NCBI GenBank assembly: GCA_963663895.2
Contig: CAXXRD010000002.1
Location: 640,001-704,000 of the forward strand
Direction: 5' to 3'
Source of the DNA: Dehalococcoidia bacterium
GTDB taxonomy: Bacteria > Chloroflexota > Dehalococcoidia > Bin125
DNA length: 64,000 bases
The notes under the pieces are model-generated. The model was not told where the DNA came from. It made no database searches and saw nothing but the letters and a program-made list of their open reading frames with translations. The translations under genes and the position numbers were made by a program. Below, one piece after another: positions 41,253 to 52,017 of the stretch (the stretch's first letter is position 1; each line of letters starts with the position of its first letter).

Positions 41253-42986
41253 TTAGCGGATGAACCCTTCGTAGTTGCGCATGAGCAGCTGCGCCTCGAT
41301 CTGCTTCATCGTGTCGAGGGCGACCCCGACCACGATGAGAAGCCCCACGCTGGAGATCGTGAGCGCCTGACTATCGGGAATGAATTCCGTCGCCAAGAAG
41401 GGAACGATCGCGACGAAACCCAAGAACAGGGCACCCGCCCACGTGATCCGGAACAGCACGCGATTGATGTAGTCCTGCGTAGGCCGTCCGGGGCGAATGC
41501 CGGGAATGAAGCCGCCCTGCTTCTGCAGATTCTCGGCGAGATTCTGCTGCTGGAAGGTGATCAGCGTATAGAAAAACGTGAAGGCGACGACGAGCACGAA
41601 GACGAGGGCCCAGTAGAGCGGACGTCCGGGGGAGAAGTTGATCTGCACCCAATCCGCCGCCCGTCCGATCGCGGACAGCCGTTCGCCCGCGGTTTGCCCC
41701 TCGACGATGTCCGGCGTGAACAGATCGTCCGCGCCCTCGCGGTGGGTCGGGATATCGCTGAGCCGGACCAGGTTGCCCGCCAGATCTTCGATCTCGATGA
41801 GGTCGGAGCCCGTCGCGTTACTCTCGATATTCCACGTCGCCCTTCCGGAGATCGGGTCCGTCTCGATGAAGGTCAGCACGTTGGCGTCGGCGTCCTGATT
41901 GATCTCCTCGACGATCTCGTCAAAGGTATCGTCCGCCGCGACCCAATCGAACTCTCCGTCGTTGACACGGAAGCGGCCCTCCGCCTCGATCGCGGCGAAG
42001 GTCTGCGTGAGCGGGAACTCGGCGTCCTCTTCGGGAAAAGGAAGCTCCTGTCGCACCTGGGTATTGCTCTCGGCGGCCGCGCCGACCACGTAGCCGGCGA
42101 CCACCGACGGGAAAATGATGATGGAGAAGGCGAAGATCAAGGGAATCATCCCCGCGCTGTTGACGCGCAGCGGAATGTGACTCTGCCCGCTTTGGCGGTA
42201 CATACGCCCGCCGCGAAAAACGCTGCGCGCGTACTGCACGGGGATGCGCCGCTGCGCCTCTTGGAAGAAGACGATCAGGGCGACAAGGATGAGCGCGATA
42301 ATGATCACGATGGCGATGCCGCCGAAGCCCGTATCGCTCTGACGGATCGAATTGAAGATCGCCGGGAAGCCCGCCACGATCCCGCCGAAGATGATGAGCG
42401 ACAGGCCGTTGCCGACGCCCTTTTCGGTAATGAGCTCGCCAAGCCACACCAAGAACATCGTGCCCGCCGCCATGGAGATCACGGCCGCCAAGGTGGGCAG
42501 GGCGGCGGAGCCGCTGAAGCTGATCCCCTCGATCGCGTTGACGTTGTCCAACAGCAATAGCTGCCCGTAACCCTGGATCAACGCCATCGGCAACGCGATC
42601 CAGTAGGTATAGAGCTGGATCCGATTGCGCCCTTGCTCGCCCTCCTTGGACAGGTTCTGGAGCTTGGGGATCATCGGCGTGAGGAGCTGCATCACAATCG
42701 AGGATGTGATGTAGGGGTACACGCCCAAGGCGACGATGCTCAGGTTCTCGAGCCCCCCGCCGCTAAAGAGATTGAGAAAGCCGAGGACCGGGTTGTTGTC
42801 GAGCGCGCTGTCGAGCTGGGCAGCGCGCACGCCGGGCAGCGGGATATGCGCGGTGAAGCGGAAGACCGTCAGCATCGCAAGGGTGAAGAGCACCTTCTTG
42901 CGGACGTCTGGCTGCCGCCAAGCGTCGATCATGGCCTGCAGCAGGCGGGGTCTAGTCGGCGCTGCTGCCGTCTGTGCTCTCTGCAT
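41253..42986 (-). CDS. secY: Preprotein translocase SecY with large loop insertion
   Basis: ALGVYPYITSSI, GVGNGLSLIIF, AGMIPLIFA, FIPGIRPG, YEGF; start 42986 or 42932. Confidence 0.95.
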   Translation of the reverse strand: MQRAQTAAAPTRPRLLQAMIDAWRQPDVRKKVLFTLAMLTVFRFTAHIPLPGVRAAQLDSALDNNPVLGFLNLFSGGGLENLSIVALGVYPYITSSIVMQLLTPMIPKLQNLSKEGEQGRNRIQLYTYWIALPMALIQGYGQLLLLDNVNAIEGISFSGSAALPTLAAVISMAAGTMFLVWLGELITEKGVGNGLSLIIFGGIVAGFPAIFNSIRQSDTGFGGIAIVIIIALILVALIVFFQEAQRRIPVQYARSVFRGGRMYRQSGQSHIPLRVNSAGMIPLIFAFSIIIFPSVVAGYVVGAAAESNTQVRQELPFPEEDAEFPLTQTFAAIEAEGRFRVNDGEFDWVAADDTFDEIVEEINQDADANVLTFIETDPISGRATWNIESNATGSDLIEIEDLAGNLVRLSDIPTHREGADDLFTPDIVEGQTAGERLSAIGRAADWVQINFSPGRPLYWALVFVLVVAFTFFYTLITFQQQNLAENLQKQGGFIPGIRPGRPTQDYINRVLFRITWAGALFLGFVAIVPFLATEFIPDSQALTISSVGLLIVVGVALDTMKQIEAQLLMRNYEGFIR

Positions 42987-43437
42987 CCGGTCCCTCAACG
43001 CGACCGCCGGCGGCCTCAATCTTGGCGCGCGCGGCCGGGGAGACGCGCGCGGCGCAGACAACGAGCGGCCACTCCAGTTTCCCGGAGCCGAGAATCTTGA
43101 ACGGCTCGCGCGGATGCTTGAGCAGGCCCGCCGCGACGAGGGCTTCCGCGTCGACGTGGGCGTCGGCGGCGAATTTCGCGTTCAGGCGAAAGAGGTTGAT
43201 GGGTGTAACCTCCACGCGCGCGGGCGGCGTGAACCCACGCTTGCGCGCCATGCGCCGGATGAGCGGCAACTGCCCTCCTTCGAAACCCGGACGGGTGTTG
43301 CCACCCGCGCGGGATTTCTGCCCCTTGAGGCCGCGGCCTGAGTAGGTGCCGCCGCCGGCCGCATTACCGCGCCCGACACGCTTCCGCGGCCGCTTCGCGC
43401 CCGGCGGTGGGTGGAGGTCGTGCTGGCGAAGCGGCAT
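42952..43437 (-). CDS. rplO: 50S ribosomal protein L15
   Basis: RVGRG, GFEGGQ. Confidence 0.96.
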   Translation of the reverse strand: MPLRQHDLHPPPGAKRPRKRVGRGNAAGGGTYSGRGLKGQKSRAGGNTRPGFEGGQLPLIRRMARKRGFTPPARVEVTPINLFRLNAKFAADAHVDAEALVAAGLLKHPREPFKILGSGKLEWPLVVCAARVSPAARAKIEAAGGRVEGPDAESTDGSSAD

Positions 43438-43625
43438 CAGTCTCCTTCGACTTCCTTCACCTCGACCAGGTGCCGCACTTTGTGCAGCATCCCCCGCACG
43501 TCCGGCGTATTCGGCCGCTCGACGGTCTGGCCGAGCCGCCGCAGGCCGAGGGAGCGGATCGTATGTCCTTGGTCAGCCCGGTAGCCGATGGCGCTCTTGA
43601 CGTACTTGATGCGCAAGCTGGCCAT
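43437..43625 (-). CDS. rpmD: 50S ribosomal protein L30
   Basis: KSAIG, LGLRR, GMLHKVRHLV. Confidence 0.94.
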   Translation of the reverse strand: MASLRIKYVKSAIGYRADQGHTIRSLGLRRLGQTVERPNTPDVRGMLHKVRHLVEVKEVEGD

Positions 43626-43631
43626 CGGCAT

Positions 43632-44294
43632 TTACTCCGCGCCCGAATCAGGAGCGGGGGAGGCCGCCGTGTCCGCGGCAGCGGCCGGTGGCGCGACGGG
43701 TTCGCCGGCGGGGGTGGCGGCAGCGACAGCGACGGCCGCCGCCGGAGCCGAGGCGGCGGGCGGTGAAACAACGGACGCGGACTCGTCGGGCAGCCGTCCG
43801 GCGATAGCAAGACGGCGACGACGCGCTTCGACCGGATCCCGCAATTGGCTGAGGCCGCTCATCGTCGCGTAGACCACGTTGATCACATTCTGCGACCCCA
43901 ACGACTTCGTGAGGACGTCCCGCACGCCCGCCGCTTCCATCACCGCACGCACGCCCCCACCCGCGATCACGCCGGTGCCGGGCGCAGCGGGCTTGAGCAT
44001 GACGCGGGCGGCGCCTTCCTTCACGGTAATCGGGTGCGGAAGCGTGCCGCGCTTCAGCGGCACCTTGATCATATTGCGCCGGGCGGCGCCGGCACCCTTG
44101 CGGATCGCCTCGGGCACCTCGTTGGCGCGGCCGATAGCGGCGCCAACCGACCCTTGCCCGTCACCCACGACCACGACCGCGCTAAAGGAGAAACGCCGTC
44201 CTCCTTTCACCACCTTGGCCACACGGTTGATCGCGACGACTTTCTCGAACAAGTCGCTTTCGGCGCCGCGGCGGGAAAATTGTGCCTGAACCAT
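43632..44294 (-). CDS. rpsE: 30S ribosomal protein S5
   Basis: [22 protein letters not shown]. Confidence 0.96.
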   Translation of the reverse strand: MVQAQFSRRGAESDLFEKVVAINRVAKVVKGGRRFSFSAVVVVGDGQGSVGAAIGRANEVPEAIRKGAGAARRNMIKVPLKRGTLPHPITVKEGAARVMLKPAAPGTGVIAGGGVRAVMEAAGVRDVLTKSLGSQNVINVVYATMSGLSQLRDPVEARRRRLAIAGRLPDESASVVSPPAASAPAAAVAVAAATPAGEPVAPPAAAADTAASPAPDSGAE

Positions 44295-44304
44295 CAGTCC
44301 CTTC

Positions 44305-44679
44305 CTAGAGAGCCAGCCCGCCCTTGCGGGCTGCGTCGGCGAGCGCGCGAACACGCCCGTGATAACGATAGCCCCCGCGGTCGAAAACGACCTCGCGGAT
44401 CCCGGCCGCCGCGGCACGCGTCGCGACCCGCTGGCCCACGGCTTCCGCGGAGGAGATCTTGCCCTTACCCGTCACGTCGCGCAGATCGCGCTCGAGATCG
44501 GAAGCGGCCGCCAGCGTGACGCCGGCTTCGTCATCAATGATCTGGCAGTAAATATGCTGATTGGAGCGAAACACGGCGAGCCGCGGACGGACGGGCGTGC
44601 CGCGCACGCGGCGCCGGACCCGAGCGTGACGGCGCTGGCGGGCGGCATGCTGAGTCAGGCGGCGACGGCGATTTCCCAT
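44305..44679 (-). CDS. rplR: 50S ribosomal protein L18
   Basis: [22 protein letters not shown]. Confidence 0.96.
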   Translation of the reverse strand: MGNRRRRLTQHAARQRRHARVRRRVRGTPVRPRLAVFRSNQHIYCQIIDDEAGVTLAAASDLERDLRDVTGKGKISSAEAVGQRVATRAAAAGIREVVFDRGGYRYHGRVRALADAARKGGLAL

Positions 44680-44687
44680 GAACTTCC

Positions 44688-45233
44688 CTACCCCACCGCC
44701 CCAGCAGCGCTCTTGCCAGCCTTGCGGCGTACCCATTCACCAGCGTATCGGATTCCCTTGCCCTTGTAGGGTTCGGGGGGGCGAATCCGCCGGATCTCGG
44801 CAGCCTGCTGCCCGACAGCTTGCTTGTCGATTCCATGCACTCGGACGAGCGGGCCTTCGACCGCGAAATCGATACCCGGATTGGGGTCCAGCCGCACTTC
44901 GTGCGAGAAACCCACGCGCAAGACCAGCGTCTTTCCTTCGAGCTGCGCGCGGTAGCCGGTGCCGCGCACTTCGAGCGTCTTAGTGAACCCTTCCTTCACG
45001 CCGGTGACCATGTTGGCGATCAGCGCCCGCGTCAGCCCGTGCATCGCCCGGTGCAGCCGCTGATCGGACTCGCGCGCCACCTTGACGTAGCCGTCCTCAA
45101 GGGACACGCGCACCTTCGGCGGGAGCATTTGCGTCAAGTGGCCCTTCGGTCCGCTGACCTCGACGCGCGCACCGTCGATCACGACCGACACCCCCTCCGG
45201 GACTGCGATCGGTTGCTTGCCAATACGGCTCAC
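44688..45233 (-). CDS. rplF: 50S ribosomal protein L6
   Basis: [16 protein letters not shown]. Confidence 0.96.
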   Translation of the reverse strand: MSRIGKQPIAVPEGVSVVIDGARVEVSGPKGHLTQMLPPKVRVSLEDGYVKVARESDQRLHRAMHGLTRALIANMVTGVKEGFTKTLEVRGTGYRAQLEGKTLVLRVGFSHEVRLDPNPGIDFAVEGPLVRVHGIDKQAVGQQAAEIRRIRPPEPYKGKGIRYAGEWVRRKAGKSAAGAVG

Positions 45234-45252
45234 AGCACTTGCCTCACCATGA

Positions 45253-45657
45253 TTACCAGACGTAGCAGAGCACTTCGCCGCCGACGCGCTCTTGGCGGGC
45301 GCGCCCGCCGGTCATGACGCCGTGCGGGGTGGATAGGATGGCGACGCCAAGGCCGCCGAACACACGCGGCACCTCCCTGTTCTGGACGTACACGCGCAGG
45401 CCGGGCCGGCTGACGCGCTGGATTCCAGTGAGCACCGACTTGCCGTCATCAGCGTAGAGGAGCTCGATATCGATCTCGCGAATCGCCGCGGAGCGGACCT
45501 CGCGGACCTCATAGCCTTTGATGAAGCCTTCTTCTTTCAGGACATCGGCGAGCGCGACCTTGAGCTTGGAGGCCGGAACCAAGACGTGCTCATGGCGCGC
45601 GGCGAGACCGTTGCGGATGCGAGTCAGCATGTCGGCGATCGGATCGGTGACGGACAC
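45253..45657 (-). CDS. rpsH: 30S ribosomal protein S8
   Basis: DPIADMLTRIRN, SRPGLRVY. Confidence 0.96.
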   Translation of the reverse strand: MSVTDPIADMLTRIRNGLAARHEHVLVPASKLKVALADVLKEEGFIKGYEVREVRSAAIREIDIELLYADDGKSVLTGIQRVSRPGLRVYVQNREVPRVFGGLGVAILSTPHGVMTGGRARQERVGGEVLCYVW

Positions 45658-45669
45658 AGTGGCTCTCCT

Positions 45670-46218
45670 CTATCCGGCTCGTGCGAGCGGCATCCCGAGC
45701 AACTCCAGAAGGCGCCGGCCTTCCTCGTCGCTGAGAGCGGTAGTGACGATGTTGACTTGCAAGCCGCGGATCTGATCCACGGCAGCGTAATCGACTTCGG
45801 GGAAGATGATCTGCTCCCGCAGGCCGAGGCTGTAATTGCCGCGCCCGTCGAACGCGGTGCGTGCCACGCCGCGGAAATCACGAATCCTGGGAAGGGCAGC
45901 GTTGATCGTCCGATCGAGAAACTCCCACATGCGCTGGCCGCGGAGGGTGCACGTGACGCCGATCTGATTGCCTTCGCGGACCTTGAAGTTGGCGATGGAG
46001 GTTTTCGCACGGGTGATCACGGGCTTCTGGCCGGTGATGGTCGCCATGTCTTCCGCCGCGGCATCAAGGGCGCGCGCGTTACCCAGCGCCTCGCCTAGAC
46101 CGATGTTCACCACCACTTTCGTGACGCGGGGGACCTCCATCACGTTGCGATAATTGAACTCCCGCAGAAGGGCGGGGTGGACTTCCTCGTGGTACCGACT
46201 GAGTAGACGAGGGATCAT
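45670..46218 (-). CDS. rplE: 50S ribosomal protein L5
   Basis: [22 protein letters not shown]. Confidence 0.96.
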   Translation of the reverse strand: MIPRLLSRYHEEVHPALLREFNYRNVMEVPRVTKVVVNIGLGEALGNARALDAAAEDMATITGQKPVITRAKTSIANFKVREGNQIGVTCTLRGQRMWEFLDRTINAALPRIRDFRGVARTAFDGRGNYSLGLREQIIFPEVDYAAVDQIRGLQVNIVTTALSDEEGRRLLELLGMPLARAG

Positions 46219-46532
46219 CAGCTGATCTCCTCGTTGCAGCGCTTGCAAAAGCGGACCTTGGTGCCGTCGGGCCGGAAGCGGATACCGATGCGCGTTCGAC
46301 GGTTACAGCTCTCGCAAACGGGGGCAACGTTGCTGATCGCCAGCGGCGCCTCGACCTCAATGATTCCCGCCGGCGCGCCCAGCTGCGTGGGCCGGCGATG
46401 CCGTTTCACGATATTCACGCCTTGCACGATGACGCGCCCTTTCCGCGGCAAGATCTGGCGGACTTGACCCCGCTTGCCGCGGTCTTTCCCGGTGAGAACC
46501 TCGACGAGATCGTCGCGCGCGATGCGCTGCAT
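46218..46532 (-). CDS. rplX: 50S ribosomal protein L24
   Basis: [17 protein letters not shown]. Confidence 0.95.
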   Translation of the reverse strand: MQRIARDDLVEVLTGKDRGKRGQVRQILPRKGRVIVQGVNIVKRHRRPTQLGAPAGIIEVEAPLAISNVAPVCESCNRRTRIGIRFRPDGTKVRFCKRCNEEIS

Positions 46533-46900
46533 CAGACGACCTCCGGGGCGAGCGACACGATCTTCATATAGTTCTTTTCACGGAGCTCACGAGCCACCGG
46601 ACCGAAGATGCGGGTGCCTTGCGGGTTAAAGCGATCCGAAAGCAAGACGGCCGCGTTGTCATCGAACTTGATGAACGAGCCGTCCGGTCGCCGGTAGCTC
46701 TTGGCAGTGCGCACGAGGACCGCCCGCACGACATCGCCCTTCTTGACTTCACGGCCCGGATCGGCCTGCTTGACGCTGGCGACGAACATGTCGCCCACGT
46801 ACGCGTAACGGCGGCGCGTCCCTCCCAGCACGCGGATGCACTTAATCATCCGTGCGCCTGAGTTATCGGCCACGCGAACGGCGGATTCTTGCTGGATCAC
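46532..46900 (-). CDS. rplN: 50S ribosomal protein L14
   Basis: [19 protein letters not shown]. Confidence 0.96.
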   Translation of the reverse strand: MIQQESAVRVADNSGARMIKCIRVLGGTRRRYAYVGDMFVASVKQADPGREVKKGDVVRAVLVRTAKSYRRPDGSFIKFDDNAAVLLSDRFNPQGTRIFGPVARELREKNYMKIVSLAPEVV

Positions 46901-47298
46901 GTCCCGGGCTCCTCGGGAGCGGCGGGCGGCGGGGCAGCGGCGGAGGGGGTCGCCGCCTCGGCGGCGGCGCGCGCTTCGGCGGTTTCCTCCGCGCGGAGGC
47001 GCGATGGAATGCCGGTCATCTCCGCATCGATCTCGCGCGGCTGGATCTCAGCGACTTCACGGCGCTCCAGCAATCGCACGACCCGCCAGTGCTTCTGCTT
47101 GGAAAGGGGGCGAGTCTCTTCGATCATGACCCGATCGCCGAGACGGCACACGTTCGTCTCATCATGGGCCTTGTAGCGGCGCCGGCGCCGCAGACTCTTC
47201 CCATACAGGGAATGCGCGACAACCCGCTCCACTTGGACAACGACCGTCTTGTCCATCTTGTCGCTCACCACGATTCCACTGCGCTGCTTTTTGGTCAT
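46897..47298 (-). CDS. rpsQ: 30S ribosomal protein S17
   Basis: [16 protein letters not shown]. Confidence 0.96.
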   Translation of the reverse strand: MTKKQRSGIVVSDKMDKTVVVQVERVVAHSLYGKSLRRRRRYKAHDETNVCRLGDRVMIEETRPLSKQKHWRVVRLLERREVAEIQPREIDAEMTGIPSRLRAEETAEARAAAEAATPSAAAPPPAAPEEPGT

Positions 47299-47301
47299 GA
47301 G

Positions 47302-47703
47302 TTAGTCCTCGTCCCTTGCGGCGACGGGGACGTCCGCAGGATCGCCAAGATCGCTGGGATCGCCATCGTCCGGCGACGCTGCCGCGGGGGCTTCGGCCGC
47401 TGCCTTCTCCGCGGCAGCGCGCTCCTCCTGGGCCCGCCTCTTCTGCGGGGAGAGCGTGCGCTCGGCTGGAGCCGTGTCAGGCGCGAGCGCCACGCCACGA
47501 ATGTTCGCGAGCAGACGTTCGTGGCGGATGGTGCGGAGCCGTGCCAGCTGGCGGCGCGCCTTGCGGATCGCCATTGGATTGTTGAGCTGCCGCGTGCCTT
47601 TCTGGAAATGCAGGTTGAATACCTCGCGGTAGGCCTCGTTGATCGCCTCGGCGAGCTCTTCGTCGGTGAGTGCACGGGCTTCGGCGGCTAGGGGGTTCAC
47701 CAT
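47302..47703 (-). CDS. rpmC: 50S ribosomal protein L29 with long tail
   Basis: Position in operon; FNLHFQ...IRKARRQLARLRT. Confidence 0.92.
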   Translation of the reverse strand: MVNPLAAEARALTDEELAEAINEAYREVFNLHFQKGTRQLNNPMAIRKARRQLARLRTIRHERLLANIRGVALAPDTAPAERTLSPQKRRAQEERAAAEKAAAEAPAAASPDDGDPSDLGDPADVPVAARDED

Positions 47704-47705
47704 CG

Positions 47706-48125
47706 CTAAATCACATCCGTGGAACGACCAACAAAGCGGGCGCGGATCGGGAGCTTGTGCGAGGCCAGCCGCAGCGCCTCGCGCGCGTCGGCCTCAGGGA
47801 TGCCGGCGATCTCGAACAGGATGCGCCCTGGCTTCACGACGGCGACCCAATGGTCCGGCGCACCCTTACCCTTGCCCATCCGCGTCTCGGCAGGCTTTTG
47901 GGTGACGGATTTGTCCGGGAAGACCCGGATCCAGACCTTGCCGCCGCGCTTGACGTGGTGCGTGATGGCGCGCCGCGCGGCTTCAATTTGCCGACTGTCG
48001 ATCCACGCGGCCTCGAGCGCTTGCAGCCCAAAGTCACCAAAGGCGACGGAATGCCCGCCCGACGCGAGCCCGCGCCGGCGGCCACGATGATGCTTGCGCC
48101 ACTTGACCCGCTTGGGCTGGAGCAT
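47706..48125 (-). CDS. rplP: 50S ribosomal protein L16
   Basis: MLQPKR, RMGKGKG. Confidence 0.96.
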   Translation of the reverse strand: MLQPKRVKWRKHHRGRRRGLASGGHSVAFGDFGLQALEAAWIDSRQIEAARRAITHHVKRGGKVWIRVFPDKSVTQKPAETRMGKGKGAPDHWVAVVKPGRILFEIAGIPEADAREALRLASHKLPIRARFVGRSTDVI

Positions 48126-48892
48126 CAGGAAGCCCCCAGCGGCGGATTGGCGGGCGAAGAAGAGGCCGCTGCCTCGCCCGGGACGAACGTTTGGGCGACG
48201 GGGGACGAAGCCGGCGGCGGTACCGCGTGCGCAGGACCCGTAGCCTCCTCTTCCTCCGCCGCACCCTCACCCGCCATCTCGCCCCGGTATATCCAAACCT
48301 TCACGCCGATGCGGCCGAAAACGGTGCGGGCTTCGGCGGTGCCGTAGTCGATGTCCGCGCGAAGCGTATGCAGCGGAACCTGCCCCGTCATTTCAGTAGC
48401 GCGCCGTGACATCTCGCTACCGCCGAGGCGGCCAGCTACGATGATCTTCACGCCCTTGGCCCCTCGCTGCATCGTGCGCTGCGCGGCCTGCTTGATGGCG
48501 CGGCGGAAGGCGATGCGCCGCTCGAGCTGCTCGGCGACGTTGCGTGCGACCAAGCGGGCATCCATCTCGGGGACACGGATCTCCTGAATGTTGACACGGA
48601 TGCGGCGACCCGTGGTCTTCTCCAGCATGGTCCGGAGTTCATCGACCTTCTGGCCGCCCCGGCCGATGACGATGCCGGGCTTGGCGGTATGGATCGTCAC
48701 CGAGCCTTGGTTCGCGTTGTTCTCGATCTCAATGCGAGACACGCCCGCATCGCCGAGCGACTTGTTGATCGCATCCCGGATCTTACGGTCCTCGGCCAAG
48801 AGATGCGCGTAATCTTTCTCGGCATACCACTGGCTCTGCCAGGTGTAGATCGTGCCGATGCGGAAACTCGTCGGGTGGACTTTCTGACCCAT
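48125..48892 (-). CDS. rpsC: 30S ribosomal protein S3
   Basis: [19 protein letters not shown]. Confidence 0.96.
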   Translation of the reverse strand: MGQKVHPTSFRIGTIYTWQSQWYAEKDYAHLLAEDRKIRDAINKSLGDAGVSRIEIENNANQGSVTIHTAKPGIVIGRGGQKVDELRTMLEKTTGRRIRVNIQEIRVPEMDARLVARNVAEQLERRIAFRRAIKQAAQRTMQRGAKGVKIIVAGRLGGSEMSRRATEMTGQVPLHTLRADIDYGTAEARTVFGRIGVKVWIYRGEMAGEGAAEEEEATGPAHAVPPPASSPVAQTFVPGEAAASSSPANPPLGAS

Positions 48893-48895
48893 CGG

Positions 48896-49234
48896 CTACT
48901 CCCCGTCGTTCGAGACGACTACGGTGATGTGGCTCGTGCGGCGGTTGATCCGACCAACACGGCCCCGGGCCCGCGGCTTGTAGCGCTTCAGCGTACGGGC
49001 ATCGCCCGCGCGAGCGTTTGCGACGCGCAGGGAATCGCGCGCGAGATCGTAGTTGTTCTCCGCGTTGGCAACGGCAGCCTCCAGAACCTTCGTCACGATG
49101 CGCGCGCCCGGCTTGGGCGTAAACCGCAGCGTCACCAGCGCCTCCTCCACGTCCAGACCCGCGATGCCCTGCAGGATCAGCCGCGCCTTCCGGGGCGAGA
49201 GAGGCGCGTACTTGGCTGTGGCGGTGACTTGCAT
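48896..49234 (-). CDS. rplV: 50S ribosomal protein L22
   Basis: SPRKAR, ANAENN, TSHITV. Confidence 0.96.
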   Translation of the reverse strand: MQVTATAKYAPLSPRKARLILQGIAGLDVEEALVTLRFTPKPGARIVTKVLEAAVANAENNYDLARDSLRVANARAGDARTLKRYKPRARGRVGRINRRTSHITVVVSNDGE

Positions 49235-49239
49235 GACAG

Positions 49240-49524
49240 CTAGCTCACGCGTGTGGTGCGATCGGAGCGGCCGCCGTGCCCGCGGAACGTGCGCGTGGGG
49301 GCGAACTCACCCAGCTTGTGACCAACCATGTTCTCGGTCACGAAGACGGGAATGTGGCGGCGGCCATCGTGGACCCCGATGGTGAGGCCCACCATCTCGG
49401 GCATGACGGTCGAAGCGCGCGACCACGTTTGAATCACGGTCCGCGCGCCACTCTTGCGGACGGCCTGCACCTTCCTGAGCAGCTTCGCGTCGACGTAGGG
49501 GCCCTTCTTGGTGGAGCGCGACAT
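49240..49524 (-). CDS. rpsS: 30S ribosomal protein S19
   Basis: [19 protein letters not shown]. Confidence 0.96.
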   Translation of the reverse strand: MSRSTKKGPYVDAKLLRKVQAVRKSGARTVIQTWSRASTVMPEMVGLTIGVHDGRRHIPVFVTENMVGHKLGEFAPTRTFRGHGGRSDRTTRVS

Positions 49525-49535
49525 CGGCAACCTCC

Positions 49536-50372
49536 CTAGCCGCGCCTGCGGCGGCGGCGCACGATGTGCTTGTCGGACGGCTTGCGCCCGCGCGTGCGGT
49601 AGCCCAGCGTCGGCCGGCCCCAGGGGGTCTTGGGCCCATCCAGGCCGATCGGAGCTTTACCCTCGCCGCCCCCGTGCGGGTGATCGGCGGGGTTCATGGC
49701 GGAGCCCCGCACCTGGGGGCGGCGGCGGCGATGCCGGTTGCGGCCCGCCTTGCCCAGCTTGATGTTGTTGTGCTCCACGTTCCCGACCTGGCCGACGGTG
49801 GCGTAACAGGCGCTGCGAACGCGGCGCATCTCCGTCGAGGGAAGACGGAGCAGCGTGTAATCGCCTTCCTTCGCCATGATCTGTGCGACGGTCCCCGCGC
49901 TACGCACCATCTGCGCGCCCTTTCCCTCTACCAGCTCCACGCAGTGGACTTGCGTCCCAGAGGGCATGCTGCCCAGCGGCAGCGCGCTTCCCGGCCGGAT
50001 CGGTGAGCCCGGCCCCGTGTGAATCGCGTCGTTCACGGCCAGACCCAGCGGCGCCAGGATGTAGCGTTTCGCGCCGTCCTCGTAGTAGACGAGCGCGATC
50101 CGAGCCGAGCGGTTGGGATCGTATTCGATCGCGCGGACACGTCCGACCACGCCGACGCGGTCACGCCGCTTCCAATCGATGATCCGGTACCTGCGCTTCG
50201 GCCCGCCGCCACGATGCCGAACCGTGATCTTGCCGCGGTTGTTACGTCCCGCCTGACGCTTCAGCGGCGCCAGCAGGCTCCGCTCCGGTCGCTTCCGCGT
50301 GATCTCCGTAAAGGTGTAGCCGGATGAGCCGCGGCGGCCGGGAGAAGTCGGCTTGAACTGCTGAATGGGCAT
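49536..50372 (-). CDS. rplB: 50S ribosomal protein L2
   Basis: [21 protein letters not shown]. Confidence 0.97.
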   Translation of the reverse strand: MPIQQFKPTSPGRRGSSGYTFTEITRKRPERSLLAPLKRQAGRNNRGKITVRHRGGGPKRRYRIIDWKRRDRVGVVGRVRAIEYDPNRSARIALVYYEDGAKRYILAPLGLAVNDAIHTGPGSPIRPGSALPLGSMPSGTQVHCVELVEGKGAQMVRSAGTVAQIMAKEGDYTLLRLPSTEMRRVRSACYATVGQVGNVEHNNIKLGKAGRNRHRRRRPQVRGSAMNPADHPHGGGEGKAPIGLDGPKTPWGRPTLGYRTRGRKPSDKHIVRRRRRRG

Positions 50373-50374
50373 CG

Positions 50375-50671
50375 CTACACGCCTTCGAACAGCTTGATAT
50401 CGTAGCCTTCGGCCAACGTGACAACGGCCTTCTTGCGTGCTGGAGCCGTCCGCCGCCGGCGGCCGTACCCCTGCTCCCGGCCTTTCACGATCATCACATT
50501 GACCCGCTTCACCGCCACATTGAAGGCGATCTCGACCGCCTCCTTGATCTGGATCTTGTTGGCGCGGGGATCGACCTCAAACACGTACTTGCCCAGCTCC
50601 GTGAGCTCCGTGCTCTTCTCGGTCAAGATCGGGCCACGCAGCACCGCGTAGGGATGCAGCTCCTTGGGCAT
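50375..50671 (-). CDS. rplW: 50S ribosomal protein L23
   Basis: TEKS, ANKIQIK, KKAVVTL. Confidence 0.95.
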   Translation of the reverse strand: MPKELHPYAVLRGPILTEKSTELTELGKYVFEVDPRANKIQIKEAVEIAFNVAVKRVNVMIVKGREQGYGRRRRTAPARKKAVVTLAEGYDIKLFEGV

Positions 50672-51348
50672 CAGCGCTCCCCTTCCGCGTCGACGGACGA
50701 GGGTGCGCTTCTCAGGCGCGCCCGCTCGCCGCCCCAGAGAGACTCCGCACGCCGCACGGCCGCCTCGGTCATGACGACGTAGTCGTGCTGGATCAAGACC
50801 TCGACATTCAGGACGTCCGCCGGCAGGCAGTTCATCTCGGGCAAGTTGCGGATGCCGAGCATCAGATCGGGATCGACGGACGGCGTGACGATCAAGCCCC
50901 GGCGGTCGACGCCGAGCGCCCCAAGGATCTCCCGCACGGCGGCGGTTCGGGCGGGAAAGGCAACGGCGTCGTCGAGGACGAGCAAGCCGCCCTCCGCCGT
51001 GCGCTGGGAGAGCAAGGATCGAATGGCGAGCCGGCGCATGCGCTTCGGCAGCGCCTGGCGATAGGAGCGTGGGTGGGGACCGTGGGCCACGGCGCCGCCG
51101 CGGCGGACAGGGGACGACGCGGTCCCTTGGCGGGCGCGTCCCGTTCCTTTCTGGCGCCGCGTCTTGGCCTTAGAGGCACGCACGGTGCTGCGCCTTCTGG
51201 TGTCATGGGTCCCTTGCCGCTTGTTGGCCTGCATGGCCAAGAGCGCCTGGTGCACGACGCCGAGGTGGGGATCGATCCCGAAGACGGCGTCATCGGCCTC
51301 GATCTCGCGCTGCTTGGCGCCGCTGGCGTCGACGACGGCGAGTTTCAT
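50671..51348 (-). CDS. rplD: 50S ribosomal protein L4
   Basis: RQKGTGRARQG, GPHPRSY. Confidence 0.96.
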   Translation of the reverse strand: MKLAVVDASGAKQREIEADDAVFGIDPHLGVVHQALLAMQANKRQGTHDTRRRSTVRASKAKTRRQKGTGRARQGTASSPVRRGGAVAHGPHPRSYRQALPKRMRRLAIRSLLSQRTAEGGLLVLDDAVAFPARTAAVREILGALGVDRRGLIVTPSVDPDLMLGIRNLPEMNCLPADVLNVEVLIQHDYVVMTEAAVRRAESLWGGERARLRSAPSSVDAEGER

Positions 51349-52007
51349 GAGCGCCCCGCCGATCCGTGCCGCGTGTGCCGAACGGTCACGATCTGATTGG
51401 GCGGTCCGGGCACGGACCCGTTCACGAAGATCAATCCCCGCGCAGGATTAATCCGGATCACCTCCAAATTGAGGACCGAGCAGCGCCGGGCGCCCTGGTG
51501 ACCGGCCATCTTGGTGCCCTTGTACACACGCCCAGGGGTCGTGCCCGCTCCAATGGATCCCGGAGCGCGGTAGCGATCGCTCTGGCCATGCGTCTTGGGA
51601 CCCCCACGGAAGCCGTAACGCTTGACAACGCCGGCGAATCCCTTGCCTTTCGAGGTGGCCGCGACATCGACGCGGTCTCCGACGTTGAAGAGATCGGACA
51701 CCGTGAACGTCTGGCCGACCTTTAATTCCTCGTAGCTGCCGGGCTCGGCAGGAAACTCGGCCAGGTGGCGCAAGGGGCCGTTCGAACCGCTGTGGCCCCG
51801 CTCCGCCTTGGTGAGCTTCCACTCCGCAGTGCGTTCAAAGCCCAACTGCACGGCCTGGTAGCCGTCGCGCGTTTCGGTCTTGATCTGGGTAATCGCGCAG
51901 GGGCCGAGCTCCACGACGGTGCAGCCTGTCACGCGGCCATCGTCGGCGATGAGCTGCACCATCCCGAGCTTCTTGCCAATGAGTCCTTCGACGGCCACGG
52001 CACTCAC
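51345..52007 (-). CDS. rplC: 50S ribosomal protein L3
   Basis: GKKLGM, SKGKGFAG, APGSIG. Confidence 0.96.
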   Translation of the reverse strand: MSAVAVEGLIGKKLGMVQLIADDGRVTGCTVVELGPCAITQIKTETRDGYQAVQLGFERTAEWKLTKAERGHSGSNGPLRHLAEFPAEPGSYEELKVGQTFTVSDLFNVGDRVDVAATSKGKGFAGVVKRYGFRGGPKTHGQSDRYRAPGSIGAGTTPGRVYKGTKMAGHQGARRCSVLNLEVIRINPARGLIFVNGSVPGPPNQIVTVRHTRHGSAGRS

Positions 52008-52017
52008 AATCTTCGCC

